Shown here: positions 59,739 through 64,000 of the stretch, piece by piece
How positions within the stretch are numbered: the stretch's first letter is position 1
Layout of the letters: the number at the start of each line of letters is the position of its first letter
Assembly (NCBI GenBank): GCA_964035545.1
Contig: OZ037772.1
Span: forward strand, 2,356,001-2,420,000
Direction of reading: 5' to 3'
Origin: Bugula neritina
Lineage: Eukaryota > Animalia > Bryozoa
Length of the DNA stretch: 64,000 bases
Notes under the pieces: model-generated
Databases searched by the model: none
Told to the model about the DNA's origin: nothing
The model's input: only the letters and a program-made list of their open reading frames with translations
Made by a program: the position numbers and the translations under genes

Positions 59739-61106
59739 ACTAATACTAATAGTAATACTAATACTAATAGTAATACTAATACTAATAGTAATACTAATAC
59801 TAATAGTAATAGTATACACTATAGTCTTAGTCTATACTCATAGTCATACTCATACTCATACTGATACTGTATAGTGTATTGTACTTGTAGTACTCTAAGT
59901 CTAAAAGACAAAGTAATTAGTAAATCTAACGGAAACTGTAAGTAGTAAAGTACCTGATTAATTTGAGAAATGATGAGATGACTCAAAATGCTCTCACCTC
60001 ACGAGAGTCAATAGTGTTAGTCAGTAAACTGGTCGGACACTTGGTAACTAGTAACTGAGATGAGGCACATTAAAACCAAAATAACGAGGAAGTTCTACGC
60101 GCAGAAGGATTATAACACGTCACTCAACTACAAAGGTCGGCTCTATAATAATCACGTGAAAGAAATGTTGCGTTCAGTGAGCGGAGCGCTATATTGTAGT
60201 GTCGAAGAGAGACAACTCTTAAGTTGAATTTTGAAAAATTATACAGGGCACCAAGTGTACATGTTTTTCAATTGAGCTATTTTAGAATATCTAATTCCGG
60301 CCTGTATATTTTCAAATTACAAAAATACCTATAACATCTATGTCCTTTTTAGTAGCAAAATCTTTACAAGGACTTTGTCTCTTGTTAGTAGCCTTCAGTG
60401 TCAGCTGGAAATTGCATTTTTCTGTTGGCACTTTAATTGTGTGAAATATTTTCATTATGTTTAAGTTGAGCTGTTTAGTACTAGCATATTCAGCAACATC
60501 ACTGAATCTCTAGTTAATCTTGAATTTTCTTAACTGGCAGGCTACAATGAAGATGGCAGAGGAATGTGATGCTAGGGTAGAGGTATGGTGGTTCCAAACC
60601 TTTTCATATACCATATCATCTCCCCTTCCATAACTGTTTACTTATAGTATTAATTTCCCTTAATCTTTCTAAAAATGAAATTTATATAATTATGATGAAA
60701 ATAATAATATACAGTATAGGTCTATATACTTGTTCTAGTATATTTGATTATATAATATAAGATTATGATTATGGAGGAGTTGCAGTTATACATATATGCA
60801 GTATATGTAATCTTCAAAACAAAGCAAGAGCTCAAAGAGCTGGTAACAAACTGTGTGAAACGAAACCCCCTGAAAAGCCCAAATTCCCTGCAAGGGGAAT
60901 TTCCCCAAGGTTGGAGCCACTGCTTTAACTTTTTCAATTATATTATTCCGATGAAAATGGAAAAGAAAATCTCCCCCAAACTCATCACTTGGGAAGATCT
61001 GGTCCAGCTGTGCTAAGGTGGGGGGAGGTGAGAGAGTAACCCAGTTCCAGTGTATAATATTCATCATAATAGACTGACAAGAGCATCTCATTTGTATGTT
61101 GATTAA

Positions 61107-64000
61107 TATATAACATAATATACTGTATAACATAGTATACTGTATGACATAGTATACTGTATAACATAGTATATACTGTATAACATAATATACTGTATAA
61201 CATAGTATACTGTATAACATAGTATATACTGTATAACATAATATACTGTATAACATAGTATACTGTATAACATAGTATACTGTATAACGTAGTATACTGT
61301 ATAACATAATGTACTGTATAACATAATATACTGTATAACATAGTATACTGCATAACATAATATACTGTATAACATAGTATACTGTAGAGCATAATATACT
61401 GTATAACATAGTATACTGTATAACATAATATACTGTATAACATAGTATACTGTATAACATAGTATATACTGTATAACATAATATACTGTATAACATAGTA
61501 TGCTGTATAACATAGTATACTGTATAATGTAGTATACTGTATAACATAATGTACTGTATAACATAATATACTGTATAACATAGTATACTGCATAACATAA
61601 TATACTGTATAACATAGTATACTGTATAACATAATATACTGTATAACATAGTATACTGTATAACATAATATACTGTATAACATAATATACTGTATAACAT
61701 AGTATACTGCATAACCTAATATACTGTATAACATAGTATACTGTATAGCATAGTATACTGTATAACATAGTATACTGTATAACATAATATACTGTGTAAC
61801 ATAGTATACTGTATAACATAGTATATACTGTATAACATAATATACTGTATAACATAGTATACTGTATAACATAGTATACTGTATAACGTAGTATACTGTA
61901 TAACATAATGTACTGTATAACATAATATACTGTATAACATAGTATACTGCATAACATAATATACTGTATAACATAGTATACTGTATAGCATAATATACTG
62001 TATAACATAGTATACTGTATAACATAATATACTGTATAACATAGTCTACTGTATAACATAGTATATACTGTATAACATAATATACTGTATAACATAGTAT
62101 ACTGTATAACATAGTATACTGTATAACGTAGTATACTGTATAACATATTGTACTGTATAACATAATATACTGTATAACATAGTATACTGCATAACATAAT
62201 ATACTGTATAACATAATATACTGTATAACATAATATACTGTATAACATAATATACTGTATAACATAATATACTGTATAACATAGTATATACTGTATAACA
62301 TAATATACTGTATAACATAGTATACTGTATAACAAAGTATATACTGTATAACATAATATACTGTATAACATAGTATACTGTATAACGTAGTATACTGTAT
62401 AACGTAGTATACTGTATAACATAATGTACTGTATAACATAATATACTGTATAACATAGTATACTGCATAACATAATATACTGTATAACATAGTATACTGT
62501 ATAGCATAATATACTGTATAACATAGTATACTGTACAACATAATATACTGTATAACATAGTATACTGTATAACATAACATACTGTATAACATAGTATACT
62601 GTATAACATAATATACTATATAACGTAGTATACCGTATAACATAGTATACTGTATGACATAATATACTGTATAACATAGTACACTGTATAACATAGTATA
62701 TACTGTATAACATAATATACTGTATAACATAGTATACTGTTTAACATAATATACTGTATAACATAGTATACTGTATGACATAGTATACTGTATAACAAAA
62801 TATACTGTATAACATATTATACAGTATAACATAGTATACTGTATAACATAATATACTGTATAACATAGTATATACTGTATAACATAATATACTGTATAAC
62901 ATAATATACTGTATAACATAGTATACTGTATAACATAATATACTATATAACGTAGTATACCGTAAGACATAGTATACTGTATGACATAATATACTGTATA
63001 ACATAATATATACTCTACAACATAGTATACTGTATAACATAGTATACTGTATGACATAATATACTGTATAACATAGTATATCGTATAACATAGTATACTG
63101 TATAACATAGTATACTGTATAACATAATATACTGTATAACATAATATGCTGTATAACATAATATACTGTATAACATAGTATACTGTATAACATAATATAC
63201 TGTATAACATAGTATACCGTATAACATAGTATACTGTATAACATAGTATACTGTATAACATAATATACTGTATAACATAATATAGGTACTGTATAACATA
63301 ATATACTGTATAACATAGTATACTGTATAACATAGTATACTGTATGACATAATATACTGTATAACATAATATACTGTATAACATAATATACTGTATAACA
63401 TAGTATGCTGTATAACATAATATGCTGTATAACATAATATACTGTATAACATAATATACTGTATAACATAGTATACTGTATAACATAGTATACTGTATAA
63501 CATAGTATACTGTATAACATAATATACTGTATGACATAATATACTGTATAACATAATATACTGTATAACATAATATACTGTATAACATAATATACTGTAT
63601 AACCTAATACACTGTATAACATAATATATTGTATAACATAGTATACTGTATAACATAGTATACTGTATAACATAATATACTGTATAACATAATATGCTGT
63701 ATAACATAGTATACTGTATAACATAGTATACTGTATAACATAATATATTGTATAACATAATACACTGTATAACATAATATGCTGTATAACATAATATACT
63801 TTATAACATAGTATACTGTATAACATAGTATACTGTATAACGTAGTATACTGTATAACATAATGTACTGTATAACATAATATACTGTATAACATAGTATA
63901 CTGCATAACATAATATACTGTCTAACATAGTATACTGTATAGCATAATATACTGTATAACACAGTATACTGTATAACATAGTATACTGTATAACATAGTC
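61107..64000. repeat. 17-bp satellite (tactgtataacatarta)n running off the window
   Basis: Directly visible. It generates the spurious YSILCYTV ORFs. Confidence 0.96.

Noticed and set aside
60786-63979. Long ORFs of 100-867 aa (YSILCYTVYYVIQ...)
   Set aside because: Translation of a 17-bp satellite that lacks stops on one strand.

Overview
AT-rich, intron-rich animal (invertebrate-type) genomic DNA dominated by mobile elements. (1) 173-18552: a hAT-type foldback element (8-bp TSD) interrupted by a minus-strand Ty3/Gypsy LTR retrotransposon (495-7804), followed by a related plus-strand Gypsy element (9470-16975) flanked by a ~1.57-kb direct duplication. Both Gypsy copies have defective gag/pol. 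In the env position both carry a C2H2/C2HC zinc-finger plus coiled-coil gene that appears to be expressed by a conserved in-frame splice from gag codon 15. (2) 20558-43922: a multi-exon valyl-tRNA synthetase pseudogene with stops, a frameshift, missing exons and no KMSKS half. (3) 24678-40827: inside one of its introns, an apparently intact 16.15-kb Polinton/Maverick endogenous virus with AGTAGT termini, 163-bp TIRs and a 6-bp TSD. It encodes an intron-split pPolB, packaging ATPase, integrase-chromodomain, minor and major capsid proteins and adenain protease. Accessory features are a Bcl-2-like ORF, a 3-exon putative ssDNA-binding gene, a membrane protein and a 13-copy TATA-box array. (4) 45596-64000: a minus-strand TRIM gene (RING-Bbox-Bbox-CC-propeller), an orphan inverted paralogous last exon, several MITEs and long minisatellites. 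All calls were made by eye without database searches.
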